Shown in pieces: positions 1-9,010 of a DNA stretch of 30,242 bases. Origin of the DNA: an uncultured Bacteroidales bacterium (GTDB lineage: Bacteria; Bacteroidota; Bacteroidia; Bacteroidales; P3); contig CALEPD010000252.1 of the NCBI GenBank assembly GCA_937910265.1, positions 1 through 30,242 of the forward strand. Direction: 5' to 3'. The first letter of the stretch is position 1. Each line of letters opens with the position of its first letter. The notes below the pieces were generated by a model. It was not told where the DNA came from. It worked only from the letters and a program-made list of their open reading frames with translations, and made no database searches. The translations under genes were made by a program, and so were the position numbers.

Positions 1-1652
1 CCGCGGGCACGCATGGCGGTGAACGCTTCGTGACCAGGGGTGTCGAGGAAAGTAATCTTGCGGCCGTCGTCGGTAGTCACCTCGTATGCACCGATATGCT
101 GGGTAATACCACCGGCCTCACCTGCAATCACATTGGTTTTGCGGATGTAGTCAAGCAACGAGGTCTTACCGTGGTCAACGTGGCCCATAACGGTGATAAT
201 CGGGTTGCGGGGTACCAAGTCTTCCGGACGGTCTTCCTCTTCGGTTTTGTTGAGGCTGTCCACAACATCGGCACTGGCGAAATTGATTTCGAAACCGAAC
301 TCATCAGCAATCAGTTTGATGGTTTCGGCGTCAAGTCGCTGGTTGATGCTGACAAAAATGCCTACCGACATACAGGTTGCGATAATCTGGTTTACCGGTG
401 TGTTCATCATGGTGGCAAGCTCATTTGCAGTTACAAATTCTGTAACCTGCAATGTCTTCGAACTCTCCATTGCCGATAATTGCTCTTCCTCAATACGCTG
501 ATGTACCTTTTGGCGCTTCTCTCTGTTGTGTTTCGAGGTCTTTGATTTGCCGAGAGGGCTCAAGCGGGCGAGCGTGTCGCGTATCTGCTTTTCGATTTCG
601 TTGTCGTCAATAACAACCTTCTTCTCCACTTTGGGTTTCTTCTCCTTTTTCTTGTCTTTCGGAGGTTTGTTGTGCTCCTCTTTCTTGTTGTTATTGTCGC
701 TGATTACGTCATTGATTTTGACGCTCTCTTTCTGTATGCGTTTGCGTTTTTTCTTCTCTCCGTGTGCGGGTTTAGCCTTGGCTTTCTCAAGCTGTTCGGG
801 GTCTATTTTGCCTACCAATTTTGGACCGTTGAGCTTTTGGTATTGGGTCTCAATATGTGTTGGCTCGGTTTTCTGAACGGTGTTTTCTGCAGGCGATTCC
901 TGAACTGGTGTCGCCGGTGTTTCGGCAACGGTGCTTTTCTTGGCTATATTTTGTTGCTGTTGTTGCTGTCTTTCAGCTGCACGCTGTGCTTTGGTTTTCT
1001 TTTGAGGACGGGTTTTTGTATTGATCGAGTCAAGGTCAATGCGTCCCAAAACATTCATTTTGGCATTAGTCTCTTTGGCGTCGGCAGTCACTGCCTCAGA
1101 GGCTGCTTCGTCTGTGGGAGTTTCTGTGGCAACCTCTGCAACGATTTCGTCGCGGTCGTCAGCGGGCTCCTCTACATTGGGCTCACTTTCAAAAACTTCA
1201 TTTTGTGAAGGCTGTTCGTCATCAACAACATCTTCATTTTGCGGAACAATGGGTTCGTCAGTAATATTCATAACGGGTTCAGGCTCAGTGTCCCGTTTTG
1301 ACGAATGTTTGTCAGGCTCGGCGTTTTTTGGGGGAACAAATGTATGGTCTTTGATGATGATAACATCGGGACTGTCTTCTTCCGAAACGGGTTCGGCTGG
1401 GGCATTCTTTTGGACTTCAACAACAACACTGCTGTTGTTCGTCAGTTTTATCTTGTCGGCATTCTCCTTCACCTTACGTTCCGATTGGAACGCCTTGGCA
1501 AGTATTTCGTATTGCTCAGTGGTAACTCGGGTGTTAGGGTTCATATCTATTTGATGTCCCTTCTTTACCAAGCATTCAACAAGGTTTTGGATGCCAACAT
1601 TGAGCTCTTTGGCGATTTGTTTGAGTCTGATGTTTTTCGGTTCTTCTGCCAT
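1..1652 (-). CDS. infB: Translation initiation factor IF-2, N-terminal part (runs off left edge)
   Basis: Not in the ORF track. Manual translation from the ATG at 1652 gives [20 protein letters not shown]..., then [40 protein letters not shown]...[16 protein letters not shown] (IF-2 G-domain motifs). Lies directly after nusA. Confidence 0.98.
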   Translation of the reverse strand, partial: MAEEPKNIRLKQIAKELNVGIQNLVECLVKKGHQIDMNPNTRVTTEQYEILAKAFQSERKVKENADKIKLTNNSSVVVEVQKNAPAEPVSEEDSPDVIIIKDHTFVPPKNAEPDKHSSKRDTEPEPVMNITDEPIVPQNEDVVDDEQPSQNEVFESEPNVEEPADDRDEIVAEVATETPTDEAASEAVTADAKETNAKMNVLGRIDLDSINTKTRPQKKTKAQRAAERQQQQQQNIAKKSTVAETPATPVQESPAENTVQKTEPTHIETQYQKLNGPKLVGKIDPEQLEKAKAKPAHGEKKKRKRIQKESVKINDVISDNNNKKEEHNKPPKDKKKEKKPKVEKKVVIDDNEIEKQIRDTLARLSPLGKSKTSKHNREKRQKVHQRIEEEQLSAMESSKTLQVTEFVTANELATMMNTPVNQIIATCMSVGIFVSINQRLDAETIKLIADEFGFEINFASADVVDSLNKTEEEDRPEDLVPRNPIITVMGHVDHGKTSLLDYIRKTNVIAGEAGGITQHIGAYEVTTDDGRKITFLDTPGHEAFTAMRAR

Positions 1653-1738
1653 TTTGTTCCTTATATTTGTGAGTCCTGCTTTAATTTATTGTCGAATTGC
1701 TGTTGCAATCTGTTTTCTGGATATTGTTCCAGTTTTTT

Positions 1739-2977
1739 TTATTCGAATTCCGAGCGGAGTATCTCCAATACCTCGTCAATGGTTTCGTCCTCAAGGTCGG
1801 TGCGCTTGATCAAGTCTTCTCTCGACAGCGCCAGTACGCTCTTGGCTGTATCGCAACCGATTTTTTTGAGTACGTCAATTACCCATTGATCGATTTCGTC
1901 GTTGAAATCTTGGATTGCTACATCATCGTAGTCTTCATCGGTGTCACGATAAACCTCAATGTCGTAATCAACCAGTCGGCTGGCAAGTTTGATGTTGTGG
2001 CCACCTTTACCAATGGCGAGCGATACTTCGGAAGGTGCCATGAATACTTCAGCACGCTTCGAACTCTCGTCAATCTTGATGCTGGTGATTTTTGCCGGGC
2101 TGAGGGCGCGTTGTATCATTACATCCAAACGCGGAGTGTAGTTGATGACATCGATGTTCTCGTTGCGGAGCTCTCTTACAATTCCGTGAATACGGCCACC
2201 CTTTACTCCAACACATGAACCCACTGGGTCAATGCGGTCGTCATACGACTCAACTGCAACTTTTGCACGTTCTCCGGGCACACGTACAATATTCTTGATG
2301 GTAATAAGTCCGTCATATATCTCGGGGACTTCCGCCTCAAGAAGGCGCTCCAGGAATACTGGCGATGTTCTCGAGAGTGTGATTACCGGCTTGTTGTTGT
2401 TGCGCGGGTCTACTTTCAGTACAACGGCACGGATGGTATCGCCTTTGCGGAACCTGTCGGTGGGAATCTGCTCGGCACGGGGAAGCACCAATTCAATCTT
2501 CTCTTCGTCAAGTACAATGATTTCCTTGTTCCAGGGCTGGTGTACCTCGCCAACAATAATCTCGCCAACTTTTTCCTTGTATTTGTTGTAAATGAGTGAG
2601 TTCTCGTGGTCTTGTATTTTGCTGACCAGATTTTGGCGAATCGCTAAGATTTCGCGACGGCCGAACTCGGAAATCTTGACGGGTTCGGAAACCTCTTCGC
2701 CAACCTCAAAGTCTGCTTCAATCTTGATGGCTTCGGAATACTCGATTTCTCTTTGTTCGTCTTGAAGTGTACCGTCCTCTACAATCAGTCTGTTGCAGAA
2801 GATTTCTAGGTCTCCCTTGTCCGTATTGACGATGATGTCGAAATTGTCGTCGGAGCCATATCTTTTGATAATGGCTGTGCGGAACACATCCTCGAGAATG
2901 TGCATCAATGTCTCGCGGTCAATATTCTTGAATTCTTTGAATGCCGAAAAGGATTCAGACAAGTTCAATGTGCTCAT
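1739..2977 (-). CDS. nusA: Transcription termination/antitermination factor NusA
   Basis: S1/KH motifs (SRTSPVFLERL, RVPGERAKVAVES..IDPVGSCVG, SLAIGKGGHNIKLAS); rimP-nusA-infB synteny. Confidence 0.98.
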   Translation of the reverse strand: MSTLNLSESFSAFKEFKNIDRETLMHILEDVFRTAIIKRYGSDDNFDIIVNTDKGDLEIFCNRLIVEDGTLQDEQREIEYSEAIKIEADFEVGEEVSEPVKISEFGRREILAIRQNLVSKIQDHENSLIYNKYKEKVGEIIVGEVHQPWNKEIIVLDEEKIELVLPRAEQIPTDRFRKGDTIRAVVLKVDPRNNNKPVITLSRTSPVFLERLLEAEVPEIYDGLITIKNIVRVPGERAKVAVESYDDRIDPVGSCVGVKGGRIHGIVRELRNENIDVINYTPRLDVMIQRALSPAKITSIKIDESSKRAEVFMAPSEVSLAIGKGGHNIKLASRLVDYDIEVYRDTDEDYDDVAIQDFNDEIDQWVIDVLKKIGCDTAKSVLALSREDLIKRTDLEDETIDEVLEILRSEFE

Positions 2978-2986
2978 TGGAATGTA

Positions 2987-3427
2987 CTAAAATTTTATGA
3001 TTATTTTTGCTGTTTTTATTTCATCGAAAGTAAGTGTGACCATCTTGGGGGCTGATTTCTTTGTGCCTTTTGTTTTGACAACAATCTGGGTGTCGTCAGC
3101 CTCGAGCAATTTGCCCTCGAATGATTCTTGTGCCAGTGTCTCTATCGACAAGTCCCGTCCGATGTGGCGCTTGTATTGACGGGGTAACTTAAGCGGGCTG
3201 TCTGCGCCGGCGGAACTGACATTCAGTTCAAAGTCTTCTTCTTCACGGTCGAGGTTCCCCTCAATGGCCCTGCTTACTGCTATGCAGTCGTCAATAGTGA
3301 TTCCCGAATCTCCGTCAAGGTCGATATAGATGCGGTTGTCGGTAGTGATTTTAAGGTTTACTAGAAACTTGTCACTGTCGTTGAGTGCGTCTTGGACGAG
3401 TTCTAAAATTCTGACTTTTTCTATCAT
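2987..3427 (-). CDS. rimP: Ribosome maturation factor RimP
   Basis: GITIDDCIAVSRAIE...FELNVSSAGADSPLK...QYKRHIGR; first gene of the nusA-infB operon. Confidence 0.95.
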   Translation of the reverse strand: MIEKVRILELVQDALNDSDKFLVNLKITTDNRIYIDLDGDSGITIDDCIAVSRAIEGNLDREEEDFELNVSSAGADSPLKLPRQYKRHIGRDLSIETLAQESFEGKLLEADDTQIVVKTKGTKKSAPKMVTLTFDEIKTAKIIIKF

Positions 3428-3436
3428 AATTCACAA

Positions 3437-3461
3437 AGAAGAAGGGGACTGACGTCCCCTC
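3437..3461 (-). promoter_or_regulatory. rimP leader hairpin (attenuator-like)
   Basis: Minus strand reads AGGGGAC-gtca-GTCCCCT followed by a pyrimidine run, just upstream of the rimP ATG. A terminator-like leader hairpin before rimP is known in many bacteria. Confidence 0.65.
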
Positions 3462-3484
3462 ACACATTTTCAATAAATTCCATG

Positions 3485-3515
3485 CAAAGATACGCACTTT
3501 TTTTTATGTGGCAAA
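3485..3515 (-). promoter_or_regulatory. Bacteroidota primary-sigma promoter for rimP-nusA-infB
   Basis: Minus strand TTTG (3515-3512), 19-nt spacer, TATCTTTG (3492-3485); matches the -33/-7 consensus. Confidence 0.85.
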
Positions 3516-3629
3516 ATTTTATGTTAAATAACATTTGGTCTATATATGTAAAATATTGTTGTATAAGTGTATGTGTAAGCTGCTATAACTCTTTTTATAC
3601 CCTTTATGGTGCCTCTGTTTTATGTTTTG

Positions 3630-3783
3630 GCACCCGGTTTCAATTGAATATTTGTGTTTGGAAGGGCATGGGTTTGAGTGCAAAACCTGTCCCAATGCGG
3701 ATGTTCTTAACTGCTATGGTTGCGGCATTCCGTAACAGCGTACCTTCTACGGATTCCGCCTCATAAATTCAACCTACGGGTGC
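3630..3783 (+). ncRNA. Candidate structured ncRNA (6S-like rod) or thyA 5' leader
   Basis: Nested complementarity GCACCCG/CGGGTGC, TTGAAT/ATTCAA, GAAGG/CCTTC, AACC/GGTT, TGTCC/GGATG. GC-richer than the AT-rich intergenic flanks. Confidence 0.4.
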
Positions 3784-3827
3784 AAATACTATTTCTTTGT
3801 GCTCAACGTTACATACATAGAATTTCT

Positions 3828-4622
3828 ATGGAACAGTATAAGCAATTATTAAAACACGTGTTGGATACAGGCGTTTCCAAACACGATAGAACAGGCACTG
3901 GTACTATCAGCGTCTTTGGTTATCAAATGCGATTTCATCTCGATGACGGCTTCCCGTTGCTCACCACCAAGAAGCTGCATTTGAGGTCGATTATCTATGA
4001 GCTGTTGTGGTTCTTGAAAGGTGATACCAATATCAAGTATCTACACGACCATAAAGTTTCCATCTGGGACGAATGGGCAGATCCCAACGGTGACCTTGGT
4101 CCCATTTATGGCAAGCAGTGGCGTAGCTGGGGGTGCTCCGATGGCTCGAATATTGACCAAATCACACAGCTGATTGACCAAATCAAACACAATCCTGACT
4201 CACGTCGACTGCTTGTGTCGGCTTGGAATGTGGGAGAAATCGACCGTATGGCACTTCCGCCCTGTCACATTTTGTTTCAGTTCTATGTTGCCGACGGTCG
4301 TCTCAGTTGTCAGCTTTACCAGCGTTCGGCAGATATATTCCTTGGAGTACCATTCAATATTGCTTCCTATTCACTGTTTACCATGATGATTGCACAGGCT
4401 TGTGGTCTGAAGTATGGCGATTTTATTCATACCTTTGGCGATGCTCACATCTATAACAATCATATTCCGCAATGCGAATTGCAGCTTCAGCGTGAGCCCC
4501 GACAATTGCCCGTAATGCATTTGAACCCGGAAAAGAAGAATGTTTTTGATTTCGATTACGATGATTTTGTTTTGGATGGGTACGACCCGCATCCACATAT
4601 CAAAGGTGCTGTAAGTGTTTAG
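3828..4622 (+). CDS. thyA: Thymidylate synthase
   Basis: [46 protein letters not shown]. The ATG at 3828 (MEQYKQLL) gives the standard 264 aa. Confidence 0.98.
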   Translation: MEQYKQLLKHVLDTGVSKHDRTGTGTISVFGYQMRFHLDDGFPLLTTKKLHLRSIIYELLWFLKGDTNIKYLHDHKVSIWDEWADPNGDLGPIYGKQWRSWGCSDGSNIDQITQLIDQIKHNPDSRRLLVSAWNVGEIDRMALPPCHILFQFYVADGRLSCQLYQRSADIFLGVPFNIASYSLFTMMIAQACGLKYGDFIHTFGDAHIYNNHIPQCELQLQREPRQLPVMHLNPEKKNVFDFDYDDFVLDGYDPHPHIKGAVSV

Positions 4623-4642
4623 CTCTAATAATGAACTATTAA

Positions 4643-5725
4643 ATGGTGAACGAAAATAATTTTTGTGTGATAATGGCCGGAGGTTTTGGTACCCGTTTTT
4701 GGCCAATGAGTAAGGACAGCAACCCCAAGCAGTTTCTCGATGTTATGGGTTCAGGTCAGTCAATGTTGCAGTCTACATTCAGCCGCTTTGAACGTATCTG
4801 CCCGCGCGAAAACATCATCATCGTGACCGGAGAGATATATGTTGATAAAGTACGGGCGCAGATCCCCGGATTGTTGCCCCATCAGGTTTTAAGCGAGCCT
4901 ACCCGTCGCAACACTGCCCCTTGTGTGGCCTATGCGGCTGCTATCATTTCGGAAATCAATCCCCATGCAAATATTGTGGTGACACCTTCCGACCATGCCA
5001 TATTTGGCGAAGACCGTTTTGTTCATGATGTCGAGCAGGCTATCGCTATCGCTGAAAACAACGATTGGATTGTCACCATAGGGGTGCGTCCCACAAGTCC
5101 GAACGTCAAGTACGGTTATATTCAATTTAGCGACGGCCGTCCGTTGGAAAAGTACGGGTCGCTCCATAAAGTGGTCACTTATATCGAGAAACCTCCGATT
5201 GAAATGGCCTGCCAGTTTATTGCATCCGATGAGTTTCTTTGGAATTCAGGTATATTTATCTGGAATGTCGATGTCCTTAAGCGTGCATACCAAGAGCATT
5301 TGCCGGTTATTGCCGACTCTTTCTTCTCAATTACACGCAACACTTCAAGTAGAGAACTCGACAAGATTTATTCAGTCAGCGAATCGATATCTGTCGATAT
5401 CGGCATCATGGAGAAAGTGTCGAACGCATATGTTATGGAGGCACATTTCGGCTGGTCCGATGTCGAGACTTGGGAGTCGTTGTATGCTGCATCGGTAAAG
5501 GACAGGGCAGGAAATGTTATTGTGTCGGGGAACGTTTTTACATACGATACCAAGAATACCATTGTCCATGTGCCGGATAATCTGTCTATGGTGATTCAGG
5601 GATTGGACGGATATGTGGTTACGGCTAACGACAATATTGTGATGATTTGCCGTCGTGACCAGGAAGAGAAGGTGGTGAAATACGCATCGGACTTCGAACT
5701 GTATGAGTTAAGTAAAAATGTTTAA
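4643..5725 (+). CDS. Mannose-1-phosphate guanylyltransferase-family (ManC/GMP-like) nucleotidyltransferase
   Basis: IMAGGFGTRFWPMS...PKQFL, EPTRRNTAPCVA, PSDHAI, EKP, FLWNSGIF, GWSD; several motif residues are atypical. Confidence 0.88.
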   Translation: MVNENNFCVIMAGGFGTRFWPMSKDSNPKQFLDVMGSGQSMLQSTFSRFERICPRENIIIVTGEIYVDKVRAQIPGLLPHQVLSEPTRRNTAPCVAYAAAIISEINPHANIVVTPSDHAIFGEDRFVHDVEQAIAIAENNDWIVTIGVRPTSPNVKYGYIQFSDGRPLEKYGSLHKVVTYIEKPPIEMACQFIASDEFLWNSGIFIWNVDVLKRAYQEHLPVIADSFFSITRNTSSRELDKIYSVSESISVDIGIMEKVSNAYVMEAHFGWSDVETWESLYAASVKDRAGNVIVSGNVFTYDTKNTIVHVPDNLSMVIQGLDGYVVTANDNIVMICRRDQEEKVVKYASDFELYELSKNV

Positions 5726-5763
5726 TAAGATAAGATTTAATCAGATATAAAAACAATATACAA

Positions 5764-7170
5764 ATGGAACATTTAGAGATTAAGTATTTGTTGAAAAGTA
5801 ATGTCGATGCACTAATCGATACTACGGTCAATGTAAAAGGTTGGGTGCGTACAAAACGCGGAAACAAAAACGTCGCCTTTATTGCGCTTAACGACGGTTC
5901 TATTATTCATAATTTGCAGATTGTAATCGATTTGGCTAATTTTGATGAGGCTTTGTTGAAAAAAATCACTACCGGGGCATGCATTGGTGTCGACGGCAAA
6001 TTGGTAAAGTCGCAAGGCCAGGGACAAGTTGTCGAAGTGTTGGCTGAAGCGATTACCCTTTATGGTGAAGCCGATTCCGAAACATATCCTTTGCAGAAAA
6101 AAGGTCACTCGATGGAGTTCCTCCGCGAAATCGGTCATCTTCGTTTGCGCACCAACACCTTTGGCGCAATGTGCCGTATCCGTCACCAGATGGCTTATGC
6201 TATTCATACATTCTTCCACGAACGCGGATTCTTCTATTTCCATACACCGCTTATTACTGCCTCTGACTGTGAGGGCGCTGGTGAAATGTTCCAGGTCTCG
6301 ACTATCGACTACACCAATCCCCCGCGCAAGGAGGATGGCTCTATCGATTACGAGCAGGATTTCTTTGGAAAGCAGACTTCCTTGACTGTCAGCGGCCAGT
6401 TGGAAGGTGAATTGGGTGCCACTGCTCTGGGTAAGATCTACACTTTCGGCCCGACCTTCAGAGCCGAGAATTCCAACACACCACGCCATCTCGCCGAATT
6501 CTGGATGGTGGAACCCGAAATGGCATTCTACGATTTGGATAAATTGACCGCACTTGAAGAGGAGTTTATTAAATATTGCGTCCGTTGGGCACTCGACAAT
6601 TGCACCGATGACCTTGAATTCCTCAATAAAATGGTCGATAATGGTTTGTTGGAGCGTCTCCGCAGTGTCATCGATGCCGAGTTTGTCCGTTTGCCATATA
6701 CCGAGGGTATCCGTATCTTGGAAGAGGCAATAGCAAACGGCCATAAATTCGAATTCCCGGTATCATGGGGAACCGACTTGGCCAGCGAGCACGAGCGTTA
6801 TCTTGTAGAGACTCATTTCAAGAAGCCTGTGATAATGGTCAACTATCCGAAGGACATCAAGGCCTTCTACATGAAACAGAATGACGACGGTAAGACCGTT
6901 CAGGGTACCGACGTATTGTTCCCGAAAATCGGTGAGATTATCGGAGGCTCTGTCCGCGAGGAAAGCTACGATAAATTGGTGGCCCGCATCAACGAACTTG
7001 AAATCCCGATGAAGGATATGTGGTGGTATCTCGACACACGTCGTTTTGGTACCTGTCCTCATGCAGGATTTGGTCTGGGATTCGAGCGCCTGATGCTCTT
7101 TATCACTGGAATGGCTAATATCCGCGATGTGATTCCTTTCCCAAGGGCTTCTAAAACGGCTGAATTCTAA
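5764..7170 (+). CDS. asnS: Asparagine--tRNA ligase
   Basis: OB-fold N-terminus ([10 protein letters not shown]), [48 protein letters not shown]. Confidence 0.98.
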   Translation: MEHLEIKYLLKSNVDALIDTTVNVKGWVRTKRGNKNVAFIALNDGSIIHNLQIVIDLANFDEALLKKITTGACIGVDGKLVKSQGQGQVVEVLAEAITLYGEADSETYPLQKKGHSMEFLREIGHLRLRTNTFGAMCRIRHQMAYAIHTFFHERGFFYFHTPLITASDCEGAGEMFQVSTIDYTNPPRKEDGSIDYEQDFFGKQTSLTVSGQLEGELGATALGKIYTFGPTFRAENSNTPRHLAEFWMVEPEMAFYDLDKLTALEEEFIKYCVRWALDNCTDDLEFLNKMVDNGLLERLRSVIDAEFVRLPYTEGIRILEEAIANGHKFEFPVSWGTDLASEHERYLVETHFKKPVIMVNYPKDIKAFYMKQNDDGKTVQGTDVLFPKIGEIIGGSVREESYDKLVARINELEIPMKDMWWYLDTRRFGTCPHAGFGLGFERLMLFITGMANIRDVIPFPRASKTAEF

Positions 7171-7192
7171 TACATCTGTTTAATAATAAATG

Positions 7193-7237
7193 GTGGGTTG
7201 GTGGTCATGGTTGACATGCCTACAACCCACTTTTCTT
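7193..7237 (+). terminator. Intrinsic terminator-like hairpin after asnS
   Basis: GTGGGTTG...CAACCCAC stem followed by TTTTCTT. Confidence 0.6.
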
Positions 7238-7259
7238 GATTTTTGGTAATTTCTCTCCT

Positions 7260-8216
7260 ATGAATATCCATGAACAAATGATGCGGCGCTGTTTTCAATT
7301 GGCGTCAAACGGCTTGGGCCATGTCAGACCCAATCCTATGGTGGGGTGTGTTGTGGTGAATGATGGCCGAGTTGTAGGTGAGGGATTCCATCAGAAATAT
7401 GGTGAAAACCATGCCGAGCGCAATGCACTGTTGCCGTTGCTGAACGGCGAGGCCCAAGGAGCCGATTTGTATGTCAATTTGGAGCCTTGCTCCCACTATG
7501 GGAAAACGCCTCCCTGTGCCGACTTGATAATTGAACGAGGTGTGAAAAGGGTCTTTTGTTCCAATGACGACCCAAATCCTCAGGTGGCTGGCGCTGGCTT
7601 TGATAAATTGAGAAACGCTGGTATCGAGGTTGTTGTCGATGTTTTAGGGCAGGAAGGTCGATGGCTTAATCGACGTTTTTTTACCTTCATGGAGCGTAAG
7701 CGTCCCTATGTTATTTTGAAATGGGCACAGAGTCTCGATGGTTTTCTTGCCCCGGAGCCAATAGTCGACGCCGACTCATGCGACCAGCAGCATTATTGGT
7801 TGAGCTCTCAGCGGCAAAATCGCATCAACCATCGCTGGCGTACTGAAGAAGCGGCTGTCCTTGTCGGGTCGGAGACTTATTTGTGCGATAATCCGCAACT
7901 AACCCCGCGCCATTACGTTGGACCGGTACCACGCCCCATAGTCCTCGACCGTCGTAACCGGTTGGGACGGTTGCCCGACAATTGGATCCACCTCGATTGC
8001 CCAAACATTCCGCATGTGATGGAACGTTTGTTTGATATGAGGATTCAGTCGGTCATTGTCGAAGGTGGCAGAAAGATTTTGGATGCTTTTATTGATGCAG
8101 GCATCTACGATGAGATCAGGCTGTTGCAAGGTAAGACGATATTGCATTCGGGTGTCAAAGCACCGGATTTGCCTGCCGTTTCTGACCAAAAGTTGACAGT
8201 TGTTTCTTACGAATAA
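7260..8216 (+). CDS. ribD: Bifunctional riboflavin biosynthesis deaminase/reductase RibD
   Basis: PNPMVGCV, HAE, LYVNLEPCSHYGKTPPC, PYVILKWAQSLDGF, VIVEGG. The ATG at 7260 is preferred to the TTG at 7236. Confidence 0.95.
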   Translation: MNIHEQMMRRCFQLASNGLGHVRPNPMVGCVVVNDGRVVGEGFHQKYGENHAERNALLPLLNGEAQGADLYVNLEPCSHYGKTPPCADLIIERGVKRVFCSNDDPNPQVAGAGFDKLRNAGIEVVVDVLGQEGRWLNRRFFTFMERKRPYVILKWAQSLDGFLAPEPIVDADSCDQQHYWLSSQRQNRINHRWRTEEAAVLVGSETYLCDNPQLTPRHYVGPVPRPIVLDRRNRLGRLPDNWIHLDCPNIPHVMERLFDMRIQSVIVEGGRKILDAFIDAGIYDEIRLLQGKTILHSGVKAPDLPAVSDQKLTVVSYE

Positions 8217-8227
8217 TACGACGAGAT

Positions 8228-8830
8228 ATGTTTGATGATACTTTCCGGACATTGTCGGCCCCGGCCGAAGGTATTTACAAAGAAAAAGGAAGCAAGTTCC
8301 TTGCATTTGCATTTCCGGTCACTACAACCGAGCAAGTGAAGCAGCATGTCGATAAGTTGAAAAAAGAATATTTCGATGCCCGGCACCACTGTTATGCATA
8401 TATCTTGGGTGCCAATAAAGATGCCTACCGCCTTAATGATGATGGCGAGCCTTCGGGAACCGGTGGCCGTCCTATCTACGGACAACTGCTTTCTGCCGAT
8501 TTAACCAATGTGTTGATTGTCGTTGTGCGTTATTTCGGAGGTATTCTTTTGGGTGCTTCCGGATTGGCGAATGCCTATAAGGCAGCGGCCCGTGATGCAA
8601 TCGAAAATGCCTCCATTGTTGAGAAAACAGTAGATGTGTCCTATCGATTGCAGTTCGAGTATGTGCTGATGAACGATGTCATGCGTGTCATCAAGGATTA
8701 TTCACTCGTTCCGCAAAATCAGCAGTTCAATCTCGATTGCAGTTTGGATGTTTCTGTCCGCAAATCCGTGAGTGTTCGTCTTTATGATACGTTAGTGAAG
8801 ATAAGGGGTTTGGTGGTCACAGAACTTTAA
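8228..8830 (+). CDS. yigZ: YigZ/IMPACT family protein
   Basis: KEKGSKFLA, ARHHCYAY, DDGEPSGTGGRPI, VVVRYFGGILLG. Confidence 0.93.
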   Translation: MFDDTFRTLSAPAEGIYKEKGSKFLAFAFPVTTTEQVKQHVDKLKKEYFDARHHCYAYILGANKDAYRLNDDGEPSGTGGRPIYGQLLSADLTNVLIVVVRYFGGILLGASGLANAYKAAARDAIENASIVEKTVDVSYRLQFEYVLMNDVMRVIKDYSLVPQNQQFNLDCSLDVSVRKSVSVRLYDTLVKIRGLVVTEL

Positions 8831-8865
8831 TGGTGGAGATTTGTTTTCTCCTCCATTTAAATTGA

Positions 8866-8895
8866 GCCTCTTGCTATGTAGAGGCATTTTTTTTT
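8866..8895 (+). terminator. Intrinsic terminator after yigZ
   Basis: GCCTCT-tgctatgt-AGAGGC then A and a T9 run; a second hairpin lies at ~8829-8857. Confidence 0.75.
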
Positions 8896-8958
8896 GTCGT
8901 CATGTAAATAGGTGAATCTGTGTATTTTGTGTGATGATGGATATGTGCATAAAATTAT

Positions 8959-8989
8959 TTTGTAATTCGAGTCAACTTTTGTAACTTTG
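8959..8989 (+). promoter_or_regulatory. Bacteroidota promoter for pcrA/uvrD-dtd
   Basis: TTTG (8959-8962), 19-nt spacer, TAACTTTG (8982-8989). Confidence 0.85.
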
Positions 8990-9010
8990 CATTTCTTTTT
9001 TGATAATAAT

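Noticed and set aside
30..2990. Many plus-strand ORFs (e.g. 672-1208, 1021-1554, 1305-1889, 1697-2218)
   Set aside because: Antisense shadows of infB and nusA with no recognisable motifs. The real infB frame was missed by the ORF track because it is open at the edge.
3720..3827. 36-aa N-terminal extension of ThyA, and ORF 3482-3766
   Set aside because: Non-ATG start inside the structured element; the ATG at 3828 gives a standard-length ThyA. ORF 3482-3766 overlaps a promoter and AT-rich DNA and has no protein-like features.
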